Source of the DNA: Antedon mediterranea
Taxonomy: Eukaryota; Animalia; Echinodermata
Reading direction: 5' to 3'
DNA length: 64,000 nucleotides
Assembly (NCBI RefSeq): GCF_964355755.1
Contig: NC_092679.1
Location: 20,815,432-20,879,431 of the forward strand
Shown in pieces: positions 1 to 12,400 of the stretch (positions are counted from its first letter, which is position 1; each line of letters opens with the position of its first letter). The notes under the pieces are model-generated. The model ran no database searches. It saw only the letters and a list, made by a program, of their open reading frames with translations, and was not told where the DNA came from. Made by a program: the position numbers and the translations under genes.

Positions 1-398
1 CAGCGTCAACCACGTGGCGTAGGTTCATTTGTCCAATGTTGTTATAGATATTATTAAAATGTAGGCCTACAGTTGGTTTCTTCATTTTGAGTCCACCTTT
101 ATTTTCTTGATGCGCATGTTCACCGAATAAATAACTCCAGTCATCATCAGATATAACATAATTTAAATTTTCCTTTGCATTAGTACTATGCTCAATCATT
201 TCGGATATACTGCGATGTGACGAATTGCGTTTTGTTGCGTTTATGTCCGATGTTCTTGCGTCAACGTTTGCGTCAACAATAAAGTTAGTTGAAAACACCT
301 CTTGGTGCATTTTTTGGACTATTTCAAACAGTTCGTTTATTTTCTGTCGTCGGATGACCTGTATCGGCGAATATGTTGCTGTTTCTACTTCGGTTTGT
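1..398 (-). CDS. Partial coding exon of an unidentified gene, running off the left edge
   Basis: After a pyrimidine-rich acceptor (tttttcatacAG at ~399-410 on minus) the frame stays open for ~132 codons (QTEVETATYSPIQVIRRQKINELFEIVQKMHQEVF...LRHVVDA), unlikely by chance in AT-rich DNA. Missing from the ORF track because it has no stop in the window. No recognisable domain. Confidence 0.55.
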
Positions 399-437
399 CT
401 GTATGAAAAATAGTTATAACTAGATGTGTATATTTTT

Positions 438-817
438 AGGGGGAGGGCGTTTATTCGAGGGAGGCGTTTATTCGGGGGAGGCGTTTATTTTTATGAGTGT
501 AATATAGTAATATGTATAGGCCTAATCAAATTAATATCACGTATAGATATGAAAAAAATACAACACAATTGATATTGAGAAGTTATAAAATACAGTAACA
601 ACTGTATCAATACTTGGGTACCGGTAAATTGTAGATCATGTCAATCAATGGATTCTACTACAAATAGAAATGTTTTTAATACAAGCGGCGGGGCATTTAT
701 TCCAGGAAATAAATAAAGGCCCCGGGCCGTTTATTCAAAATGATGTTCTAATAGGGGCGTTTATTCGAGGGAGACGTTTATTCAAATAAATTAAAGTTTA
801 TTCGAATAAATACGGTA
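438..817. mobile_element. Partial MITE of the TACCGTA...TACGGTA type with internal GGCGTTTATTCG repeats
   Basis: Repeated ggcgtttattcg units at 438-490 and 755-785, ending in aataaaTACGGTA. Same end type as the element at 35213-35847. No left TIR seen. Confidence 0.45.
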
Positions 818-1327
818 ATTGCATTGAATACTATAGACTGAGAAGATTTAACCCCTGACGCCTGAAGCTATTCCAGCTACAATCATCAACATGGAACCGA
901 TTACACGGTAAACACAGCATTCCTGATATATAGGCCTAACATTAATTTACGCTCGCTTCGCTCGCGTACCATCTAGATCGTGCCCACAGATGGTTCTCGA
1001 ATACACAGTAATTTCAGCGTAAAAAAATTTTTTGAATGTACGTACTGCAGGATGATAATAGTTATTATTGTTTACAGAAACGAATAAATAGACACGATGA
1101 TTTATGTATTAAACTGAAATTAGCACACTGGAAATTACTTCCGAAAGAGAAACTTGTCACAAAATGAGTCCAAATTTGTTATTTGGACTCATTTAAACAA
1201 ACCCAATTTGTGTTTTGTGTGTAACATTAAGGTTGATGGATGGGGAAGAGGATATGGGTACAAAGAAGAACAATGTTTTAATATATTCTTTATCTACTCA
1301 GTAACGAAATATGTTTTTCATGTTTGA

Positions 1328-1812
1328 TAGGCCTATAAATAATATACCACTTGATACAGTAACACATTTGCGATTTAATACTTTGTTAAAACTGTCACTG
1401 TTATAGTCCATTGAAATAGCATGTACATGTAACGATACACGTACCACTACAACGTTTATATTCTTTGTAATTATTAATTAATACAAACATTGAGAAGCAA
1501 CTGTCAGTAGTACAGTTTATTTGTATATTGTACGTTTTGTATAACAGTAGGGCCTACTCACAGGCCTATAAAATAATATACCACTTGATACAGTAACACA
1601 TTTGTGACTTAATATTTTATTGTTTAAACTGTCACTGTCATAGTCGATTGAAATAGAATACGGTAGTACATGTAACGATACACGTACCACTACAACGTTT
1701 ATATTCTTTGTAATTATTAATTAATACAAACATTGAGAAGCAACTGTCAGTAGGCCTACTACAGTTTATTTGTATATTGTACGTTCTATATAACAGTAGG
1801 GCCTACACTCAC
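1328..1812. repeat. Tandem duplication, two ~235-250 bp copies
   Basis: aggcctataaa..ataatataccacttgatacagtaacacatttg...tataacagtagggcctac at 1328-1560 and again at 1562-1812, with few differences. Confidence 0.9.
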
Positions 1813-2845
1813 AGTAATACGTTTATTTGTACATGATTGTGTTATACATCTAACAGTACCCACACTCACAGTAAATTCAATGGCGACCACAAATGTTAAT
1901 ACGTATTTATTGCAATACTATATCTATATATACGTTTTAGGTTAATTCCCCAAGGGCCAATAAATTTACCTACAGCTGGTGGTACTTGTGTTAAAGCAAA
2001 GAGTTATTTATTATTGGAATGTTCCATTCATCGGAAATCAATACATTTGTATAAATGTATATTAAATCTATCAAAATAGTATGTTTTTAAGAAAATAGGT
2101 CTGTCTTCAACATTATGATGCTGTACTCGAGCTGTTCAACCGGTTTTCATCCATTAAAAACAATTATCGTAGGAGGAGATAGGAAAATGCGAAGCATCCT
2201 CGTATTATTGTATGCGGGTATTTTTCAAGATAGACATGCATTGGACAGTGTATACCACGATCGGAAAACACCCCTATTTGGGGCAAATCGTTGAACCTAA
2301 ATTCGTTTTAATCGTCAATAACTAATTATCGAACTCCATTTAATTAGTAAACAGGGTTACATCAGGTGGTTAAAATCAGTATCGAAAGTACGAACCAACT
2401 TTATATACCATCGAGTAAACATTCTAGAAGTAAGGCGCGATTTACCGAATTTTGCCCTTACGTAAATTTATATATAGATACATCATTCCATTACCTGTTT
2501 AGTACGACAGCATTCAGAAATAAACACACTGCAATTGCAGTGGACGCAAACACCGCAGTAGTGACATACCTATGGAGAGATCATAGATAATGATATAGTA
2601 AACATTATGAAATATTATAAATAAAAATGTCGCGATTTAATTACCGATCAATCTTGGCTTTCTTATTAAAAATGAGTTTTTATTGCTTTTAATTATTATT
2701 TATTAATGCTCAATGTTGTAATAAAACATAAAGAATGATATATACTAAATATAAAGTTCATACATTAAAATATTGAAAATTACAAGTCTAATACTGAATT
2801 GAATTGATAACAAACGCAGGCCTGACACGTACACGCACAAATACT

Positions 2846-3453
2846 AATGTTTAGTTCCCACTATAGCGCAAGTACGTAATCTCAATTCGTTAGTGATTCA
2901 GACCAATCACAAGCGATGGATTAGGCCTATTCGGTTGATCTAATACGCCAAGCAACGCAAAAGCGTTATTGCGTTGCGTCCTAGTGGGAACCAAGCTTAA
3001 TATGTTAGTGTCCCCTGAATAGGGGTTTGCTGCAGTGTTAAAACACATTGCTCCACATTTTTTTTTACGGGAAAGTGTCCCCTTTTAAGCGTGGTTCCCA
3101 CAAGAGACGCAAACAAGAACGTACGCGCAACGCAAGCGAGTTGACCAATGACAATTGTCACTGTTCGAATAATCTATCGCTTGTGATTGGTCAAATCACT
3201 TACGTTGCGTTATATACTTGCGTTGCGTCGGTAGTAGGAACCCAGCTTAAAGCGTGGTTTCCACTAGAACGCAACGCTGTATTGCGTAATCACAATAATA
3301 ATTGTGCTTGCCCCGCCTGCGTGAAATCAAATCTGCGATGTTTGCAGCACTATGGCGTCGACGGTTCCCACTTGTAATTACTCAATACAGCACTTTGCAT
3401 CAATACGTCGTAGCGTTGCGTTACGTTGCGTCGCTAGTGGTAACCACGCTTTA
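2846..3453. mobile_element. Cluster of three ~150-200 bp palindromic MITEs (PIF/Harbinger-like)
   Basis: TIRs AGCGTGGTTCCCAC..GACGCAA / TTGCGTC.CTAGTGGGAACCAAGCT in elements at ~2846-2998, 3088-3248 and 3251-3450, flanked by TAA/TTA. Family assignment inferred from the TWA flanks. Confidence 0.7.
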
Positions 3454-4557
3454 ATAGAGTTCTCTGACTACGTGTTACGGTTCTAATGTATTACAATGAT
3501 ATTACGAGAATTGTAAAAAAGACACATACCACCATTGTTTCATTCTGTCAGATGTGGTTCCTTTGAAACCGATTTTGTTCGACATCGGACCCGGAGCAGT
3601 TTACGAACGCACTTTGTTTGGTTGCTGGCGAAGAGCGATCATGTTAAACTAACAGAACTGAAAGAGAATTGTCTTATCTAAATGCAATTCGTAACTATAC
3701 ACGATATACACATCTGCATGACAGTAATTATTGTAATGGTATATGAGTATGACTAACTCGAATTCGGCTCACTGATGTAATTGAATGATGAGGAAATTTA
3801 GTATTTAGAACCGACGACGCTAAAAAACAAGCACATTATCAGCATACACTTACGCTATATGCATTTCAAAAATTGATAAGAGCACATTTCAACGCTGTCT
3901 GTTCGTTTTATAAAATTTCAACAACGTCGTATTTTTACCCAGATGCGCGCAGTACAGGAAAATGTTTACTTATTAATTAGCAAGTAAAAATAATCAATAA
4001 TAAATAAATGTGGATTATGTGTGACGTCAGAAGTATCAGTTACAATATTTACATATGTACTTACCTAATTGTATTTGGCGTTAATACAATTTTAAATACA
4101 AATGCAATTTTTGTTTGCTTACCTGTATTGGCTCGTCGGCTTATGAAGCAAAAAAGCACAATTTGCTAGCAAAGTCAATTATTGATACGTGGGCCCCAGG
4201 GAGTACTCTGGTGCATTAACAGCTTACGGTTCACATCACATAGAAGCGTTAATGTACACAACTACGAGTTTTCATACACCTTAAAGCATGTAATTAATTT
4301 TACCAATCATATTTAAACTTCCGCTTGTCATAGGTCAACTCGCTTGCGTTGCGCTTACGTCATTGCGTTACGTTTTAGGGATGCTTGCAAAAAAATGTTT
4401 GCACCTATGTTAGGCCTATGGTGTCTCATAAAAATATAGAGTTAAACCTATTTTTAAAGAGAGATATGCACCACAGGATGCTAATTGTCCCTAGACATAA
4501 AGTACGAGTAGATAACAAATTAAAATTTGTAATATACTTTGTATACAATACTCGGCC

Positions 4558-4712
4558 AATAATAATAATAATAATACCACATTTATATAGCGCCCTTTTC
4601 ATGAGTAATCATGCTCAAAGGCGCTTTACAAGGATTATTACCCCAGTATTTTTTGGGATCAAACACGTATGGAAACATACTCCCATAATGCAGCCGGTAA
4701 GACCAGTAAAAT
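4558..4712 (-). mobile_element. SINE/L2-type 3' tail
   Basis: Minus strand reads gtaaagcgcctttgag...aaaagggcgctatataaat followed by (tta)n, the stem-loop plus microsatellite tail typical of L2-clade LINEs and their SINEs. Confidence 0.65.
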
Positions 4713-6245
4713 AAGATGTGAAATTAGGCCTACTGCGTTCTGATATAGATCCAAGTTCTCATAAATTCCGTTCCAAGTTAATACCCGAAAATTATCACCG
4801 TTTTTGTCAGTGTAAACTACGACGACGTGTCTCGAATTGGATTGCCCGTATCTTTACAACATTTGACATACTCTAACATTTGAGATCATAAAACAAGACT
4901 ATATACTTACGACATCGCTTCCTCTTCTACTGAAATACAAAACTCAGTTATGAATGCATTTATAGAGGATGCTGTCAGAATATTGAATTTTACGTATAGC
5001 CTAAGTTTTACACTGTGTACAATGTGTTCTGTTTCAATTTAGTCAACTTAATATCGATTTGCATAATTGGCGCGTTCATGTGTAAAATGGATGATGGCAA
5101 TCTGTTCGTTCTTTATGTATGGGACGTCAGATCGAAACGATAATCGCGCCAACTTCGATGTAGGCTTAGTAGTGTTTACATTCCATGAGTGATGTTCGAT
5201 CAATACGATCAATAGTTTAACCATGAAAGATTTATTTAGATAATTATTATCTAAATAATTCTTCCATTGTTTAACAAGCCTGTATTTGGTTAGGTTGGGG
5301 GGGGGGGGGGACGAGGAGAGGGGATACCGTATAGTATTTTCAATTTGTTTCAAAATATACCAAATACATATAAATATATATGTCTGTTGGCTATTTGAAA
5401 CGCTGGTTATAACCATACATTAATACAGAGTAGAGCATGGAGGTATAATTATACCTCCATGGTGTAGAGTATACTAGAAAGTTTACTAGTAATGTTATAC
5501 ACTCAAAATGTACAAATACAACAACAGAAATACGTATTACATTAAATCGGTAAACTCGGAACAGACAATGTACAAGTTTATTTTATCAAAACCGTTTATA
5601 AACTTACGTTTTTCTATATCTGTTAAAGTTTACTTGTTGTAGTTTATAATACGTCTTACCTTGTTACATTGTCTAGTAACACTCAGCAACATGATTACTG
5701 TAGTATCTCTGAAATATTAGCGTAGGCCTAGTCGAGTCGCAACTTCCTTCTTCCGTCCAAAAAAAGACAAATATAATAAACACAGGAGACACTTAATTCA
5801 AAGTATGAGAAGTCCTAGTGGATACCTCAGCATCTATCTTATCCATTGAACGAATTATAATGTGATTCAAATGGCTTTGTAATCCGGTATGGATTCTTAT
5901 CCAGCCTCGTTAGGCTTAGATACATATATGTAGATATTGTATTTATCCCTGATACTATCTATGCTCCGGAGAAGAACGGAAATAACGTGTTTTATGAAAA
6001 CAGTCTTTATTTGTAGATTACGGTCTAAACATAATTTTAATCGATTTCAATTTGTTTATGTGAAGGGACGGTGTTTGTTTTTACTAAAAAATCACACAAG
6101 GGACAGAGTTTAAAGGAGATTCCAAAATATAAAAAAAATATTCGGTAAAAATGACTGCAACGTAACATTAAACAGGGACACGGACAATCTGGACACTTAT
6201 TGGAACAGAGAACTATGAACGAGTAGGCCTACAAAATGGGAATTA

Positions 6246-6404
6246 ACCTCTGTCTACACTATCAAACTAGTTTGACGACAAAAAATAGTGAGATGTGCCC
6301 AAGTATGGTAAGTGATATTCCCAAATACGGTAGTGATATGACATCATCATGCCCATGTGCACATTTGTCGTCACATGAAGTTTGATAGTGTAGACTGAGC
6401 TTTA
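6246..6404. mobile_element. MITE family A copy (AGCTCTGTCTACACTATCAAAC TIR)
   Basis: TIRs ctctgtctacactatcaaac / gtttgatagtgtagactgagct. One of about nine copies in the window. Confidence 0.8.
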
Positions 6405-7481
6405 TACAGATACGAACGAGATTGTATATATGGTACATAGTACGCATAGAACATAATGGGATGACGAGAAATGAAACAGAAAACATAGGCCTATTATTAA
6501 AGAGCATTCCACATATGGGCCTATTTTTGTACTATTCTTGAATGTGTTTAACGTCACATTCAATAATAAATCACTAGTCTTCTGTCAGACTATGCCTGAT
6601 AAAGTAAACAATTAATCACCAACCAAACGTGATAAAATTAAACTAGTACGTGATATAACGCGGCAGCCAAAGAGCGCAAAAGTCAGCGAGATACGCTTCG
6701 AAATCTATTGGTATAGGCCTACACTAGATTAAAATTCCCATGAGAGGCGAATCCAGGATTTTTTAAACGGACGAGCGCTAACATATAATTCGTTCATAAT
6801 TTCATTTTAGGTGACAAGGGGTGGGGAAAGAACGCGCAACCTAACCGCCAGTGCATCTCACTCTCCGACCTCTCCGGTACTACTGTATAAGCACACAACA
6901 CCTGAATGATGATGGTGATGACGATGATGATAATGACGATGATAATCAATATTATGACGATAAGAATGAGAACGAATACTATGATAATAACAATGATGTA
7001 CCTCTGTAGTACAAAAATAAATTGTTGAAAAAAATGGCGATGAATTGAATGAGATGGTCCATAATGGGAACTCTATGATTTAAATGAAAACGATGACATA
7101 GAATTCCAATACAAATTCTTTATCAATTAACTGCAGTGATAGAACTGCTAATCCAACCGAAGTTAACATGAAAGTTGTTTAAAATGTTATGACGTCTGCA
7201 AATGAAGCGGAAGAGTCCCAAGTTCAAAGGTCACTTGAGATCTTTACTTCATCTTTCCTTTTACTGTACACACATAATTCCAATATCATAGTTTCTCTTT
7301 CATTAAAATTAACACAATTTATGCAAGTATAATACGTACGTAATTGTAGTGGAACTTTCGGTTCAATAGAAATTACATTTAAAACAAATAAACAAACTCT
7401 CTAGTTTCTATTATTAGTTAGTTTATTAAAAGATTGCGTTTATAATGTTATATAAAATTTACCTATAATAAAAAAAAGTAA

Positions 7482-8646
7482 ATGCCAATTTACACAGATA
7501 AGCGGTAACGGTAATAAAAATATAGAATCTATGTTATAGTGGGCAACCTAATGTTCCACATATTAAGTCCGTGAGATTTTAATGCTCAAGTTGAGTTCTT
7601 GGCAGTTTTGGAATCCATAGGACTAGTAGAATTCATTGCAACTGGGGGCCAATTTTTCCCGATTTTGGCCGCCATCTTGGATTTCAAAATGGCCCCCATT
7701 ATTTACTCAAAACTGATAGTAGCTCCTATTTTAAACCACGTACGAACGTAATGTGTGTGACAAATCTTACAATATTATGATAAATCAGTCATGGTACAAT
7801 TTATATATGCTATTATTATAAATTGTACCATTGGACTGATTTATCATAACATTGTAAGATTCTCAAAATGTACTGACAATGCAATACAAATATGTCAAAC
7901 AGCAATAATAATTATGTTAACAAATGTTTATCTAAAGTTTAACTTTAAAGCGAATAAAAACATACCAAGTCCCATGATGTATTTACCAGGAATTGGTTTC
8001 TTGGCTTTGCGTAATGGTGCTAGGGTAGCACTGGCGACAACCACCAACAAGAGAAGACAATCAAATCTTGTCCAATAATGTGATTGAGAATGAGGGTTCG
8101 ATGAGCTGCTGTCCTTTAAATACTTTATTCCATCCAGAGGCGTGGTACAATTTATAATAATAGCATATGGCAGCCATATTTTGATGATTAAATACATAAA
8201 TGCATACATTATATACGTTTTTAATGGCGGCCATCTTGGAATTCAATATGGCTGCCATATGCTATTATTATAACTTGTACCATTCGACTGATTTATCATA
8301 ATATTGTAAGATTTGTCACACACATTACGTTCGTACTTGGTTTAAAATAGGAGCTACTATCAGTTTTGAGTAAAAAATGGGGGCCATTTTGAAATCCAAG
8401 ATGGCGGCCAAAATAGGGTTGGGAAAAATTGGCACCCAGTTGCAATGAATTCTACTACTCCTAAGGATTCCAAAACTGCCAAGAACTCAACTTGAGCATT
8501 AAAATCTCACAGAATTACATTAGGTTCCCCACTATTATTTCTTATGACCATTTACGTACAATGCGGAGCGGACGGTTTCCGCTCAGGATAGATACAGATT
8601 CTACGTGGGACAAGCACCGTTACCGCTCGTCTGTGTAAATTGGCCT
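7482..8646. mobile_element. Short MITE split by a nested ~1-kb element
   Basis: TIR pair gccaatttacacagatagcggtaacggt (7484-7512) and accgttaccgctcgtctgtgtaaattggcc (8617-8645). Confidence 0.7.
7537..8534. mobile_element. Non-autonomous long-TIR DNA transposon, Academ-like
   Basis: Inverted repeats of ~280-325 bp (7537-7862 vs 8257-8534), termini 5'-TAG...CTA-3', TTA on both sides, internal CAAGATGGCGGC motifs. Confidence 0.75.
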
Positions 8647-9499
8647 TAATAGCACCTCGCTCAACCTACAAACATCAAGGTATCAAAAATAAAAGTCATG
8701 CAAAAACTCTTGAATACAAAACATCAATTTTTCTTATAAACACTAAAAATGTATATACAGTATTTACACCATGTACATAGCTATTAATTTTAAAGCCGAT
8801 TTTCCACCAGGCGAAAATCGGCTTTAGGCCAAATTTTTTATTTTGTTTATTTTGACATAATTACTTTACTTTAGCAGATATTTTGGAATTTATACTTTAA
8901 TAAACTTTACTACATTAATCCGGGTTGTAAAATGAAAACAAACAAATGAAAATGTGTGAACTATTTTAAAACGGGATAGATGATAATGATGATCCTGTCA
9001 AGTGTATAACAAAATATAAGAAAATTAATGAAAAAAGGAGTAATACAGAATTCATATATGTAAAAATGTTACTTATGAACTGTAACGACATTTACAAGTT
9101 AAATAATACGATTTTATGTAATATGAGATAATATGAATGTGAATAAAAGTGGTGTTTGCGCCACAAAAGAGAAAAAAAAAAACTTTACTACATTAATGTT
9201 ACAGTAGTTTGTAGAACAAACAATTATTAATAATTTATTCCCAAAATTTGTTTGTTATTGTTTTAATTTTCTTGTAGATAGGCAAATCAGAATAGTGTCA
9301 TTTTTTAAATAAAATGTTAATTTACGAAATAAAAACAAACTTTCAACAAAACGACCAATCAAAACTGGTAAAAGGTATAAGAAAAGGAACATATATTGTG
9401 TCTTCTAGGAACAAATACCTTTGCATAGTAATCAAATATACAGCACTTCAGAATGTGTTTGGTACGCTTGAATGCCTCGAAATGCTGGACCCTATGCTC

Positions 9500-12400
9500 T
9501 CAGCTGAGTGGGCCTGGAGTTGCATACATTCGATGAATAAGACCACTCAACATAGGGCCAAGATTACTGTAAAAACAACAAAAAATCAGCGTAATAAATA
9601 AAAGTTATGTAACTGGACACAATGAAAACCAAAGTGCAACTTAAGTAAAGCTCCATCTACACTATCAAACTAGTTTGACAAAAAAGTATGACATACCCAT
9701 ATATGGACATGATGATGTCATATTTATTACCATATTTGGGTAGATCATACTTTTTTTCAAGCTAGTTTGATAACAGGGCCGTAGCCAGCATGAGGAAGAA
9801 TAGACGCTCGAATTCGAATTTTCACTACCCACCACAATTTCTCAGCAGAGATCGTTATAATAATTATATTTAAAGAATCTTTTCCTCATCTGTTTTAACT
9901 TCTCGCTACAGCCTTGGATATTGTAGACAGAAATCCTGTATTTCTTTAATTATTCACCTTCACCATGTACTGTATATATTAAGCTCAATATATTACACTT
10001 ACCGTTGTGTTTTGCCACACTTGAGTGTGGACAGTAATCTTAGACACTCCTTTTCAGTTTCACACTCTGAATAAGCATCAAGAAGACTGAAATCAAATAA
10101 AATGCAATAAAACAAAAATACCTTACGATTCTAAAACAAATATAACAAAATGTAACACATTGTTACAAGGAGATCTTACAGTCTTACATCGCACACTCAT
10201 TTGTCACAGGGTGAATGTTAGAGGTGTAAGGAAAATCTTTGTGTAAACAACTCATTAGAAAGGTATGCGCAGAAACTTATACAGCACACATGCAGCACAC
10301 TATATGCCTCTCCGACGCATTTCTAATTAATATTTTTACAGATATATTTAATTGTGACATTTCTGAAGACATTGCTACCACTATACCAATCATATCAATA
10401 GACTAAGAAGTTTAACCAAATTCAAGAATTATATTTATAAATGGTTTTATTTTTTTAGACAATGGGATTTCCGTCCATAAAAAAAAACCTTACTGTGATA
10501 CTGTTGGATAGAGCTGAATAATAGCCTGTGCCTTCTCCGCTGTCAGACCACTGAACTGCAGCAGCTGCTTGGCAAAGACTTCACCAGTTGTCAGAACCTA
10601 TAAAATGAATCATATACAATACATATTATCCTTTATCCCGGTTGTCCTGTCCATTTTTCATTCATTCATAAACATTTATTTCTATTAATGGTGAATAGAA
10701 AATAACAATAACAAATTAAATAAAGAAATATACCATTAATAGCGGATTTTACAAGAAGTAAAACTTGTCACGTAAAACCCAACTAAAGACCCAGTAACTT
10801 TCTAAGATCTTGCCGTTTTCCATTTGAAGGATACCTGTACATACTTACAATTCAAACAGCATTAAGGTAGCTTCTGAGACTTACCCCAAATTCCACATTT
10901 TATGTAGTCATGGAATTTTTATTATTGTATATTATTCTATTGTAAACACCATATAACGGAAATGTGCCTCAGTTTTTATTTTCCAATATTTTTATTTTAT
11001 TTTATTTTATTCAGTCAAAACCAACAGCGATAAATACCGCCACTAACAGGTTTGAAACATAAAACAATACAACATCAAAAACGGTTAACAATAAAATACA
11101 GATAAAATATATATAGATATATATATAAAACATAGATCGGCATGCTATAAACAATTTCAACAATATAAACAAGTATAATGAATATATGCAAAAATGGAAG
11201 GATGACCAAACAAGAGCAAAGCTCGTACAGTATTTGGCCACCTTAACAAAATAATTAATACATGATACAAACATAATTGAAGCACAGGACGAGACAATAC
11301 TAGCTAAACATGTTGGCATATGAACTCAAAGATAGTTGGATAAGTTGGATAAGTGCCAACAAATTACATATATATTCTTACTTTATTCTTGATTGAGTTT
11401 TCGTTGAATTCATAGAAAGACATCACATGATGGGTTCTGTTATTCAATTTCTGTGAACACTTCATTTTCTCAAAGTTTTCTCTTGTGTAGGCTTTTATAG
11501 TCTTGCTCTGTTGAAATGATATTTTAATCATCTTTATTTTTTATTTTCAGACTGCATTCCGTAGTATTACTATATATATCAGAACTGTAAACTTGTTATA
11601 GTGCTACCATGGTTACAAAAATGCTGTTATTCTACAGGCCATGAGGTCCTGTAATAATAGTGGATTAATTTTGGATATTGTTCAACTGCTATTTAGGAAT
11701 TGTTTAGATATTACTTTACTGAATATACATGTACTTACTGAATAACTACTTTGAAGGTATCGTGTCATAACAGTGAGGTAGGCAACAGAGTCTTGAATGC
11801 CACAGGTCTGTTTAACATAAAACTTATCAACAACCTGCAAAACAAGAATTAATAATTCTTTTACTTAATTATCAACAAATGTATTACTTCTGAAACTTAA
11901 ATTCTACCAATAAAGAGTGGGGCTTATCCCAGGTTACCGGTCCATCTCAGCTGCTACTGTTCGTGGTAGGCCCTTTACCTGGCTGCCGTGGGTCTGTGGA
12001 GGACCTAATTCGATATAGAGAAAAACAAGAAACAATAGATAAAGTAATAATAGATCTCACCTGAGTATTGACAATTGCTTGTTGCATTGTTGCTTTTGGT
12101 AAGCTCATATTATCCATCGAACCAAAGTCTTCAACTAGGTAAATTGGATTACTTATACCACACTGTTTTAAACGAAACTAAAGAGACAAAATAAATACAT
12201 TTTATCTTTCTTAATTAATTGTAACTATTACTATATCGATTCATGTATTATTAAGTAAATTTTAAATTAGTTTTAACTACATAGAATGACTGCTTATATG
12301 ATATATTTCAATAGTGTTCCAACACCTTTTTTATTGCACACAGAAGCCAATTTTAAAAAATGTTTGGAGGACAAGATGATGACATGTGTTGGCCTAGGAC

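Noticed and set aside
398-3531. Junction-spanning TGA as a selenocysteine codon
   Set aside because: The junction is hypothetical, there is no redox motif, and no SECIS can be assessed in the window.
8791-8826. 36-bp inverted repeat taaagccgatttt...aaaatcggcttta as a terminator
   Set aside because: Eukaryotic context; best explained as a collapsed MITE remnant.
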